A stretch of DNA of 64,000 bases, taken from positions 8,184,001 to 8,248,000 of the forward strand of contig OU015566.1 in assembly GCA_907165135.1 (NCBI GenBank), written 5' to 3'. The position numbers were made by a program, and so were the translations under genes. A model generated the notes under the pieces. The model saw only the letters and a list, made by a program, of their open reading frames with translations. It did not search any database and had not been told where the DNA came from. Origin of the DNA: Oikopleura dioica (taxonomy: Eukaryota > Animalia > Chordata). Position 1 is the stretch's first letter. The number at the start of each line of letters is the position of its first letter. Shown here piece after piece: positions 12,698-24,200 of the stretch.

Positions 12698-14715
12698 TCA
12701 ACAGAAGGTGGCCATCATGTCCTCAAACGTGTCCTGTCGACGAATCTGCCTTTTAAAAGGTTTACTTATGCGTTTTCTTTCTTGTAAAAACTCAATGAAA
12801 AACAATGAACTCTTCCTGAATTCACAACCAGTTACAAGAAACTCAGCTCTTCGCGGGCGCATATTGTAGTTGGAGCTCAGTACGTGACAGTACGCTCCTA
12901 CGTCCCAAAGAATGACCAGCTGGTTCGTGTTAATTTCGCTAGGAAGCTGAGCCGTTTTGTTCAGAAAATCAGCAGATTCACAGACGGGTCCGACGACCTT
13001 GTAAATTTTAGCGTCATTCTTGTCGGTTTTTTTCGCCAATGTCACTTGATGATAAGCCTGATAAAGAGCAGGTCGAATGCATTCTGTCATTGACATGTTC
13101 GTTACTAGAATGTTATCATTCTTGACTCCAAGAGATCTCCCGATGCAGCAGGCTGTACTTCCAACCAGAGATCTTCCAGGCTCAAAGATGAGCGTGTAGT
13201 CTTCGCCGAAATTATTGAAGCATTCCGTATATTCCTTTCATTATTTAGTTAACGCCGGAACGCATATACGACCCATTTTTGGGTAATACGATTTTGCTAA
13301 TCAAAAAACCCATATTATATTTGATATACACATATAATATGACCACGATCCAGTTATATTTTTGTAGCTTAGAGTCCGGTTATAATATATAAACCCGGAT
13401 TTTTATTCTCTTTATTCCCAAATCGCGACAATATTGGGTTAAAAATGGTCAGAAATTTGCAAAAATGGCCATGCGTTCCGGGGTTAAGGATAAGTACCTG
13501 TGGTGTAGGATATCCTTGGGCTTTCTTTTCATAATTAATTGCTAAACCTCCACCAACATTCACTACTTTTCTAAATTATTAAGTTATCTTCACTCATCTG
13601 ACGTTGTTTAGTACATTATGTACTGGTTTTAGTACTAACAAGTGTTACCTGGATGGTTCAAGGAAATCAGCGATTGATTCCATAATGAGTTTCAAGGTGC
13701 TCGAACATTCTCTTCGTTCCGATTCTTTAATTTTAATGAGAAAAGGTTTTTTATGTTTACACTAGTTTTTATTCAGAAATTAAAGATTGGAAATCTTTAT
13801 TTGACCCGGCCCCTGATAGGTTCAAGATTATTGATGGTACTTCCCAAATGACAATGAATGCCAAGCAAGCTCATTTTCTCATCTTCTGAAATCTTCTTTG
13901 CGAGACCAGTTATGTCTTCTTGCAAAACCCCAAACTTACAGGCTTTCCCGGAAGCTGTAGTATTGTATTGATGCACTTTCGGGTCGATATTGGGATTAAT
14001 CCGAATGAGGACTTGACATCTTGTTTCCAGTGTTTTCGATAAAGCAGATATTCGTTCGTAATCGAACCAAGAATCAACATTAATGATGTGTCCTCGCTTT
14101 CAATTTAGGTTTCAGTTATCAGTTCTATGAATAATAAGCGAGAATTCATAAATATAGAAACTGTCTAACTTTCCTGAATAGCGGTTTGCACTTCACTTGA
14201 ACATTTACCATTCCCATTGAATATAACCTTATCTGACTTGTAATCAAGTTGCTCACTTGGCTTCAAACATAGCCTCTCAATATTAAAACAATTAGAAATC
14301 GGGAATTCCTCTTTGTTTCAACGTCAAACTAAGGATCACACACGAATAGAGATAGCTCGTAGCTTCATCAAAATTTAACTATATTTTCTAAAACACATGA
14401 ACTCTCAAGACGTGTCAATTTCCATTGGAAGCTTTCCTTGGCCAACTCAAGCTCGCCACCTGAAACTGTTGTCAAGCCGCTAACACCAGCTGCCTTTAAA
14501 ATTTTGATAATGGCCGGATTGAAGTTAGATTTCATCGAAAAATTCAGTTGAGTCTTGCATTTCAGTGCCTTCAGTCCTGACAAGTAATTCTCAACATTGA
14601 CAACGAGCGCTTTCTCGGAATAAACGAAGACAGGATCTTCTAAATCTATCTTCTCCGCAAAGGTCTCCACAGATAACTCATCGATATACAGATTTTCATG
14701 CTTGAAATCGATCAT
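12698..14715 (-). CDS. lysA: Diaminopimelate decarboxylase (LysA-like, PLP fold type III), 7 introns
   Basis: Spliced motifs FSMKSN (PLP Lys), TVSGGEL, IFNGNGK, LIRINPNID..HQY..TA...KFGV, GIHCHLGS, NVGGGL, IFEPGRSLV, IRPALYQAYH, VVGPVCESADFL, DVGAYCHVLSSNYNMRPRRAE, IRRQDTFEDM. CESAD and SNYNxRP match DAP decarboxylase rather than ornithine decarboxylase. Confidence 0.9.
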
Positions 14716-15010
14716 TTCTCTAGCTTTGTTTAACGTTAACTAGAGATCTGACGAATTCTTGTTTGACCATGTACTTAGAATCACGATCAAACAATACAAA
14801 TGGCATGTTTCTTTCGTAAAACCACGCCTACAAAAGCTAGATGAAAGAGATCATAATATAATTTCCATGCTCATCTGCGTGAATGCAAGATCAAACCACC
14901 ACGATATAATAACTGGGAAGTTTGTATTAATTGGAACGGTGAAGTTTGACAGTGAAGATGTGTGGCAGTAAAAAATGTGAACTATAAACATATTTTGATA
15001 ATCTTCCCAG

Positions 15011-18000
15011 TTACTTTTTGTAGTCAATTTGTTCGGGCAATCCCTTATCCCAACCTTCAGGGATGTTGTGGCAGGTAGGGATTAGCCCGTAGTTGACAGT
15101 TGCACCAGCGTTGACGTACGGCAGCTTGCAGGCTAAAAATTGGATAAAATTTGATGATAAAAAGAGTTTTTTTACCTCGTGAACACTCGTTGATGAATCG
15201 GGAGAGGCACGGTCCTGTTTCTTTAGACGAGTTACTAACCGCGCTAAACCAGTCTTTGTACAAGCGCAGCGTATATCGGTCGATGTCTCTGTCAGTAATG
15301 CTCCAGAGCAAGGCCATTACTGACATAGACCCTGAGTCCAAGACCCTGGATTGATTAATTAGTATTAGCAATATATTATATATTTCAAACTTACTTTGTC
15401 ACTGCACCCCTCGGTTCAGTTCGACCATGATCGCGGAGTCTGCCGGAAGCACAGCCGATAAGGTGCATGGTGCTTTTTACACCTTTTCTGATCACACGTC
15501 CCCAGCCGCCAACGCAGTCGGAGCCGCTTCCATGCCCAGCAAAGACGTAGAGGTCGAATTTATTGAGTTTCTCAATCAACTCGGATGAATTCGGCATGAC
15601 GGACGCGTAACCGTTCCATTGCTTAACGCTCCTGAAGAAGTTTCCAACTGTCGCGGCCGAACTCGCGAGGTTGACCTGGTTGTCTACGACGTAGAGTAGA
15701 TTGGAGATGTCCATAGACCGTTTGCTCGCTGGTTGTCGAAGGAGGTACTCCGCATGTCTTACTGAGAGCATCCTAGAAATAAGCTATGGCAAAGCTTCAA
15801 AGCAACAATTTCGTACCTTGACATTCGAATTCCCTGACAAATGGGCATCCGTTCCATGGCGATCGATTGAACCACTCGTCCGAGGATGAGATATGTAGCG
15901 GTTGTCCGCTGATATTCCAATTCTTGAAAGACGTGGTTCTTTGCCAGACGATCGAGGTCGAGTTTAGTCACTCCAACGAGTCCAGCGACATTCGTCTTGC
16001 CGAGAGTGTTCAAATGAGACCAAGCCCGAATCGCATGGCTCAAAAAGTCGGCGTGAAGAGAGTTTTTGGGCTTGGGAACTGCATTGGTCCAAGTGATGCT
16101 TTTGGAGAATGTGAATAGAGCAAGAGCCGGACCAAGAACATCTAAAAAGAATATTTATTAAAGCCAAAGAAAAGATATTTTACCTGGGAGAACAGACAGC
16201 ACTAAATCCTTACAGTACTTTTCTCGTTCATCGCGCACCTTCCACCATTTGGTAGCGTTTTTGACATCTTTGCCAAGCTCTTCAGAGATCTTGTCGCACA
16301 TGTCGCGCATTCGCAGAGCCTCCTTGGCAAATGCATGACCATCGAATCCGATCGAAATACACTTCCCGTTGGGCTCCAAACGAGTGACGAGCGCGAGGCA
16401 ATTTTCGTATGTGCAGGATAGTGTCTTCGAAACATCTGGAATCAAGCTCACCAAGACGGCGTTATCATTCAGTTCCTGTCGCAGAAAAGGAAAGTCAATC
16501 CTGATATTCTCCGACAGATCTTCTGCTTGGATGAAGTTTTCTTTCGGAACTGAGCTGACATTGTTGGACATACGAGTATGAGCGCAGTACTGCGTGTCAA
16601 GAACTGCTCCAACGCCGTTAACATCAATGTGAAGCGCGGCTAGCTTTGATGAATTGCTCAAGACCATCGTGCTTTTCTGTGCGACTTGTTCCTGGCGCAA
16701 AATCTGGCCTATGCGAAGATTGTAGATCGCTCTGATGGTCTCCATGTCGCTGTTCTCCTTGGCGGTCGCGAGAGCTTCATCCAGAACGGCCTCTTCTGAG
16801 ATCAGCTGAGGCGAATCGCCTGCTCCAGTATGAGTACTGAAGATCGTGTTGATCTCAGACTCGATCGGAGAGACTGGTCGTGAACCGAAATTCTGGAGAC
16901 GAACACCCTCCGTCTTATCTTTTTGGCTCGTTTTGATGGGAGACAGATCTGGAATATCACCCATCGGTCCGACTCTCGCTTCTTCTTCAGGATCTTCAAA
17001 AATTGTGGCCCCGGCTCGATCTCCATCAGCGGCTTCTACTTTCATTCGACGAGCTGTAGCTCTCGTAGTCCGAGTTGTTCGAGTGGCCGAAACGGGAGTT
17101 CGAGGCTTATATTCAGCGTCGTTGATTTCTTTCTTGATTTTTGCGCTCTTTGGAGTTGCCAATGATATCGCCGCGTCGTCATTGAAAATTCGAAGCTTCT
17201 CTTTCTTCATTCTCTGTAGCTTCACATTGACCGGTTTCATCGGAGTAATCGCTGGAGTTTGATCGCCAGTTGTTTTCACTCTACCCCGTCGAGCGGGCGT
17301 CTTCACATCGCTGGTGATGACCATTTTTTGAAACGGTGCGGTTAGCTCAAGATTTTCCTTGTTCGCGTCGAAGGTTCTATTGTAAATGACGATTGCCACT
17401 TGCAATTTCGCGAATCGGCCGCACTTCTTTGGATTGACTTTCTCGGAGTTTCGGACAGGCTCGAGAGCATTTTTGACGTACTCAACAGCGTCAGATGGTC
17501 TATCGAGTTCCGTCGCGCGAAGAACGATTACGTATGCAAGCTCCAGGAGTAGCTGCGATAGTTGATGACCAGCGATAGCGATCTCTTTAAAGAGGAACAG
17601 GCCAGCGTTGACAGCTCGAGTAGGATCTGGATGAACACGGAACAAAGTTGTAAGTGCAATAACATAGTTCCGTGCAACATCGAGATCAAGCTTGCCAATT
17701 TTAGGAAGAACTGGAAGTTGAAATGTGAAGGCTTTTGTTGTTTCCGTTGTTGTTTTCTTCTTTATTTTCTTTGCCATCGGCGAGTCAGGGGTGAAACCGA
17801 AGAACTCTTCCTTGACTTTCGCAGTAGGCAAATGAGAGTTTGTTTGATCGACTTGGGAAGAATTTCTTCGGGGCGGGTCAAGTGAGATCGCCTGTGCTTT
17901 TGCTTGAGGATTGACTTCGCGCATAAATGGGTTGTCTTCGTTGATATCGAAGACTTTTAAAAGCGCTGGAACTTCGTCTTTCCACTTGCGCGTTTGACCT

Positions 18001-20883
18001 TCAAGCTCCAGTGCTCGTATTTGAAGTGTCTTCCCCATTATGTTGGCAGTCTGCAATCCCCAAATATCGGATAAAACAAGCAGCTCGTTGGAAAACATTC
18101 TCGCCTCGATCGACATGCCTCGTTTGATGAGATCATCGATGAAGTCGACACTTATCCAGATGGTTTTATCAAGCGCCCGCAGGGTCGCAATGATTTCTTT
18201 TCCAATTTTTTGGACTTTCATTGAACCCTCGGCCTTCGCCGAAGAAGCGAAGATCGTTTTGTAGAATTGCCGATCGCATGCACTCGACAGGAAAGTGATG
18301 ATGAGTTGAATGGCATAACGAAGGCCGCTTGTTTGATTCGCAGTTATCATCGAGCCCACATGACCAAAGGCCTTGTCATGATAATCTGACCAGCCGGAAG
18401 ATCCAGAGAGAGAGGTTTCTAACATGATTTGGGTGATGGACTCATCTTTCCAACCAATGGAGCTCTTTTTGGTCTCTGGGATGCCATCCTGGAACATCAT
18501 ATAACCAAAAGCAAGATGTTTCTTATCTTTCGAGGTCATATGGCAAACATTTGCTCGTTTCAGGGTCTTATGAATATCGTCGTCGTATTCGGGCTGGGTA
18601 GAGAGATGAGAATGCCGTCGCGCAACCCAAATTGACGAACCCAAGTCCATCACAAGATCACCGAGAAGCTCACTCACAGAAGCGTAAACTTTTGTCATCG
18701 GATAATACCAGTCGACGAGGGCAGTAAGCAGGCCTTTCAGGATCGTATTCCCAGCTTCTCGTTTTCCAAGAATCAAAAGAAGTTGCGCCGCAATGTAGTA
18801 CGTGTTGACATAGTTGCATACTTGCGACACAGAAGAAGTCTTTTTGAATTCTGTTTTGACCTTGATCTTGGATAATTTTTCAATGTCGAGTGAAGGGGGC
18901 TTCGAAGTGACTTTTTCCATTTTCTTGCTCCACGCGCCTTGAAGATCTCGTTGCCAAGTGGACAGGATCTTCCAGACGGTCGTCAGTTCGTCATTCTCAT
19001 CTCCGCCGGATCCGCTCATCGACGCAAGTTTTTTCGTCTCCTTCGGGAAGAATTCTTGCAATTGAAAAATGACGAGCTTGAGTAGGTCTTGATCTTCTTC
19101 CGTAAGTTTCTTGACGTCTCCGAACTCAAGAAGGGTATCGACGATTAGCACAACGGGCTCAGTTTTCTGCGGGATGCCATTCTCGCTCAGCGTGCTGATT
19201 AATATGCTCAAGAATCGGGCGCGTGATTCTTTCTCTACTTCGAACATATCGAAGAGCGAATTTTCGGAACAACGACATCGTTGATAAGGCTGAGAAAAAG
19301 TTGAGTGAGAAATAACTTTATGTAGACGATGTCCATTTTTGATAGTTGGCGGTTCTTAGGAAGATCGATTTCCATCTCTCTGAAGATTCTCACGCTGTTC
19401 GAGTTTTTCCAGCTGCAAAGATTGTTCGTTTCGCAAGTAATGGCGAGCTCGTTGATTGTCAATTCGATGAGATTCCAATGCTCCAGATTTGTGAAGTTAT
19501 CATCGTCTCTGGAAATCGAGTAGACGTACTTGAAAGAGCCTTCGAGATTTTTGAGCCCGGTCTCGACGATCTTGCGCTGCTTCGTTTTATCAAGATCGTT
19601 TCGTTTAGCGATCGTCTGGAGCACTCGAAGAAAGCTGTAGACTGAGAAGGCAGCATATTTGTGAGGGTGTTTGAATCTAGAACCGGTGAATCTACTCAAA
19701 GCTTCTGCCATGTGGCCTATCGATTCGTTGAGCGGAATCAGAACAGTCTCGAGAGCGAGGAGTACATTCGAGTCTTTTTCGGGCAGTGTGACGAGGTTTT
19801 GGCAGATATTGTGACAGATTTGCGCGAAGCCGTAGATGATCTCCTGGATGTCGTTTTCGACGATACCGCCAATAAGGCCATAAGGCGTGATGAACTTCCG
19901 AGTGAGATCTAAAATTTATACTTGAGAAATAATTTTTACTGGAGAAACTTACATTTGCTCATATATTTTATCAGTCGGGCCATGCAGACGAACTCGTGCT
20001 TTCTCCAGTTCTTTCCATTTGGAAAGCGGTTGAAGATGTCTTGCTTTAATGCGCTCATGAACGCTTTCAATTCTTTGTAAGTTTCTCGGATCGGCGATCC
20101 CAGCGCTTTCTTGTCGTCGAAGTCCATCATCTTTTTGTCGAGCGCTGGCACTTTGAATTTCTCGTCGATGAACTGTAGAAATTCATTTATGAGGCGGAGG
20201 CCGAGCCCAGGGACGCTTGATTGTTGGATTATGTCTTCGCGGAAGTCGTTGTAGAGCCGGCGACACTGCTGGTGAGTCGCCAACTCCCAGGTGTGGAAGA
20301 ACGCGCGCAAAAACTGAAAAATATGTTATTGAGATGATAGCTATCTAAGCGACCTTTCTACGAAGGTCAAAACACGGGCGGTAACGAACCCCCGACACCC
20401 GCGAGAAACCGGTAGATTTTATATTCTGATTGCTTACCCGTTTCGATTTTCCCCAACGCTCGAGCTTCAGCCACGCTTTTCGCCCGTCAATCCAAAGGTC
20501 ATCATCCAGCGTCATCATCAGAGTTGTGTGAGCCGCTGTGCTGTAAAGCTCCCACAGGTCCGTCTGTAAGCGAGTGCTGATGGCTGGAATGGAACTCGCA
20601 TATTTGGGAATGTTGGTAACCGTCAGATAGAGTTCCATGAGGTTATTAACGACTGAAGAGAGTTTTTTGTAGTCGACTGGGTTCTGCTTCTTTGCCGTTT
20701 TCGTCACGTAGTTGAACTCCATCTTAAAATTGCTATCAAACTATATTCTTGATCGTCAACATTCAACTAGAACTCTTTTACGAGTCTGCTCTAAGCTATC
20801 GTGATTCTTGATCTTACCTTGAAGGCCGCGGAAACGTTGCCAGCAGCGACCAGCTTCTGGTACTGAGCTTGGTCGTGGTCCAT
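15011..20883 (-). CDS. ESPL1: Separase (separin, peptidase C50)
   Basis: C-terminal catalytic motifs LYVFAGHGSG and LIGCASG, then ALLWSITDRDIDRY and CKLPYVNAGATVNYGL. Long helical N-terminal region includes the 1029-aa ORF 16158-19247. First exon MDHDQAQYQKLVAAGNVSAAFK (ATG 20883) splices GT-AG to MEFNY. Stop TAA 15011-15013. Confidence 0.93.
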
Positions 20884-21205
20884 GATTTTTCTCTGGTTCG
20901 ACCTTCTTTTGCACGCGGAAAAGCCCGAATGAGGCCCAAAAAGAAAGTCTCAACGAGCACACTGACGTGGCAGCCGAGAGAAGACGAGATGTTTCTCGAG
21001 ATAAAAATGTGTTTTTATGTCTGCATCGAAAACACCGGCGCGCGAACCCAAGTACCGGTTCAACTCATTTTTTCTCTCAATCTTTCTTTGCTAATTTTGA
21101 TTTTCACACGGAAATTCTTCCTCCACGCAAAAAAAGACGACCGAACCAGTAGAATGACTCATCGTAGTTTGAAAAATGCTTATTCTTCACAGCAGCGCTT
21201 TTCAA

Positions 21206-24200
21206 TTAATTTATTTCGTTTTTACATTCTAACGCGTTTATTTCTAGTGGAACAGTTGAAAATGGAACTTTTGAACTAAGAAGAATATTTTCGATAAAGT
21301 AAGGAAATTTTACAGATAAGGCTCCGGTCTGAGTTCTGTGAGATTCTCGTATGTTCCTCTGAGACCGTAGAGCTTCCAAATCGGCGTATCGATGTGGTCG
21401 ACTTCGAGATCGGTCCTGTCGCAGCAGTAGTCCCAGCCGCCGCCTTCGATGAAGCACCAAGTGCCAATATCATTGTCGAAGTTGGAGCAGTAGTTGTGGC
21501 TTTTCTTGTAGAAGATGCCCATGTCCTTGAGCCGCATCGCCCAGCTGAAGTTCATCTTTGGATGCGCGTCAACATCCCAGAACTCGCGATCCCAATGCTT
21601 GTCGTACCAAAACGGATCCCATTCGATGCACGGCTTGCCCATCATTGTGTGGTTCTGCCCGTCTCCCATATGCTTCTTGTGGACCTCGTCATATCGAGGC
21701 TCTGATGTCCAGTTTTTGAAGTTCTTTGGCATTGGTGAGTGGCAGACTTTTTAGGATTTTTAAAACGAATGGCGCTATCTCGATAAATAATGTATACTTT
21801 CATCTATGAGGTATCTATTGAAATCATTCCTAATGGATATGCATTGAGCTTCTTGTGCTTGCAGACTTTTCCTAGTTGGAAAATCGTGTACGCTCCGTCT
21901 TTACGCTGCTTATCGTAAGTCAGCTCCGTTTGACCCTGGGTCTTTGCCTCTCTCTTACTCTCCCTTGGATGACGCCATTCGTAGATAGTACCGATGCAAG
22001 ACTGGTATCGATATTTGAGCTGAGTCTTCGTTGTCGCCGAGCAGTAGGTCATCTCTGTCTTTTGTTCGACCATGCCTTTTTAGTGTTGAAAAAAGCTATT
22101 CTATTTTATAGCGTTACAGAATTATATTGATAGATAAGTTTGATTATCTCTCAACACTTCCCCATGTAATGTCGATTGAAGGCCCTATCGTACGGAAGTT
22201 TTCTATGAGGGAAGTCGTAAATACTAGATTCACCAAGAATTTCCATAGGTTGTGTCCAATCTGGCTCCACGTGTTTACAGACCTTTAGACAAAATTATAC
22301 TATCTAAAATCTAAAATTCTACAAGAGAACCTTGAACAGCCTGTTCTCATTCTCATAATCGTCGCAAGTGACAGTGCAGTTCGGTCGCTGGAAGTAACAT
22401 CTTGTTTTGTCCGGGCTAAAAGATTTCTGTAAGCTGTTCAAGGAAAAAAGCTTCATACTTGTCTCGATCTTCCTTTGCGCGTTTCACATCCGCCCGTACA
22501 GCATCAAGTCTCATCTCAGGACGCGCTAGCCAACCTTTTCTCCTCTTTGGATAGGAGATAAACTTTCTGTAGTTCAGGTTGTACTGATCGATGACAAGAG
22601 TCTCATCAGTAGAGTATTGCAAGTAATCGAATGTGTCGTTAACGCCCTTGTGTTCTTTTTTATACTCGAAGCAACTAAAAAATAATCAAGAACAAAGATA
22701 AATTTTGAAAGTCTTACTTGGTGAGGAGTCGAGATCGCGTGTCATTTGTGACTTTGAGACTGGCAGAGGAGACGAAGGAGCAGTTGAAAGAATAGATTTT
22801 TTCTTCCTTCATTTTCATGCCCATGAAGTAGGTATCCGCACCGCGAATGTACACAGTTCCTTTGCAAAGTTTTAAGAATTTCAATGCTTAACTCTCCTAT
22901 TACCTTGAATCTGTCCGAGAGGCATCAAATCATCACGAACATTATGCCGATGATAAACAGGGACTAAACGAAGAGGCATTTGGATTTCTCGATCAAGAGA
23001 GGGAATCATATCAGCAGCGGCAGGATGAAGCATACGCTTTTGAATGTATGGGAAAACGTCGAGGTTGAAGACCATCAAGCCATTTCTGTTCTCTCGTTTA
23101 CCTCCAGCGGACTGGATAACATTCTCTGCCAACATATAACAAACTCGGTTGTGGCAGGTCGTGTACTGATTTCTCCATTCCCACTGGTAATCCCAGTATG
23201 TCTTTTGATGATGGTGTTCGGTGTTGTTCATGTATCGCATCAAGTTGAAGTGAATGACTCTCTTTGCTCGTTGAACAATGATAACATCGTCATCTGCAAT
23301 TCGAAGCTCGTCGTAAGCCATCTCGTACTCGGATTGATCCCGAGGGATGATTCTGTTAGGAATCAAAAAGTACTCCGTAAAATCGTGGTTGATAACATAA
23401 CATCGCACTTGGTACTCTGGAACGACTTTTTCGTCACCATCATCAAGGCAGTATAGAATATGTTGGCTAATCAATTGTTCGTTTATTCGATTTAACTGCA
23501 TTCTACTTACGTGTGAGTATCACAAATATGTCGAGCATCAGCCATTTTACGAATCGGGAAATGGCCCATTCGAACGATTGAAAACGGAACAAACGCTTCA
23601 CTGGGTTATTTGAAAGTTAAATTTAATTTTCGGAGTGTAAAATTAAAAATGAGCAAATTCAAGTTGCTATTCAATTTACTCAATTTTAACCCGTTCGCTA
23701 ACATCTCTCCCTCATCAGTATTTAATCCAAGCCAGATATCGCCATATTGAACATGACAACTTTGTGAAAATTTGTAAATAATTTCCTTGTCATTTCCGAA
23801 ATCCTCCGTTGCATCCCACATAATTCCGCTCGTTAAGTTGACAGCCGCGATGTATTGAGGCTTAAAAAGTCTTAGAATATTTTTTTAATAACTTTTACCT
23901 TCGGGAAGAAAATAGTTTCGGGTTCAAGATGGACGTTTAGCGGCACATCAGGAGTATTCGTCACCCAAGAGACGACCCCTAACGCTCGTTTGGTATCAAT
24001 TTTGACCGCAGTCTCGACTTCCTGGAAATGTATATCGTGATAACCTCTCCAAAGTGAGTCCTTTCCGTCAACCCAATCGAAATCTCGAGCATCACCGCCT
24101 TCGTCGTTACCGTTTGAGTTCTCATCAAAACGCTTGACTTGAAGGACATCGTTGTGTTCTCTCTTTAGAAGTCGAATTCGATCGGTTGAGAGGGTAGAAA

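Noticed and set aside
19235-19330. Apparent frameshift inside separase between ORFs 19235-19711 and 16158-19247
   Set aside because: A 38-nt GT-AG intron (19290-19327) restores the frame (KMDI|PYQRCRCSENSLFDM). An assembly indel is also possible; there is no need to invoke programmed frameshifting.
21206-23501. Separate kringle gene and separate 206-aa gene
   Set aside because: Canonical in-frame splice junctions link them to the upstream XKR-like ORF, so they were treated as one gene pending cDNA.
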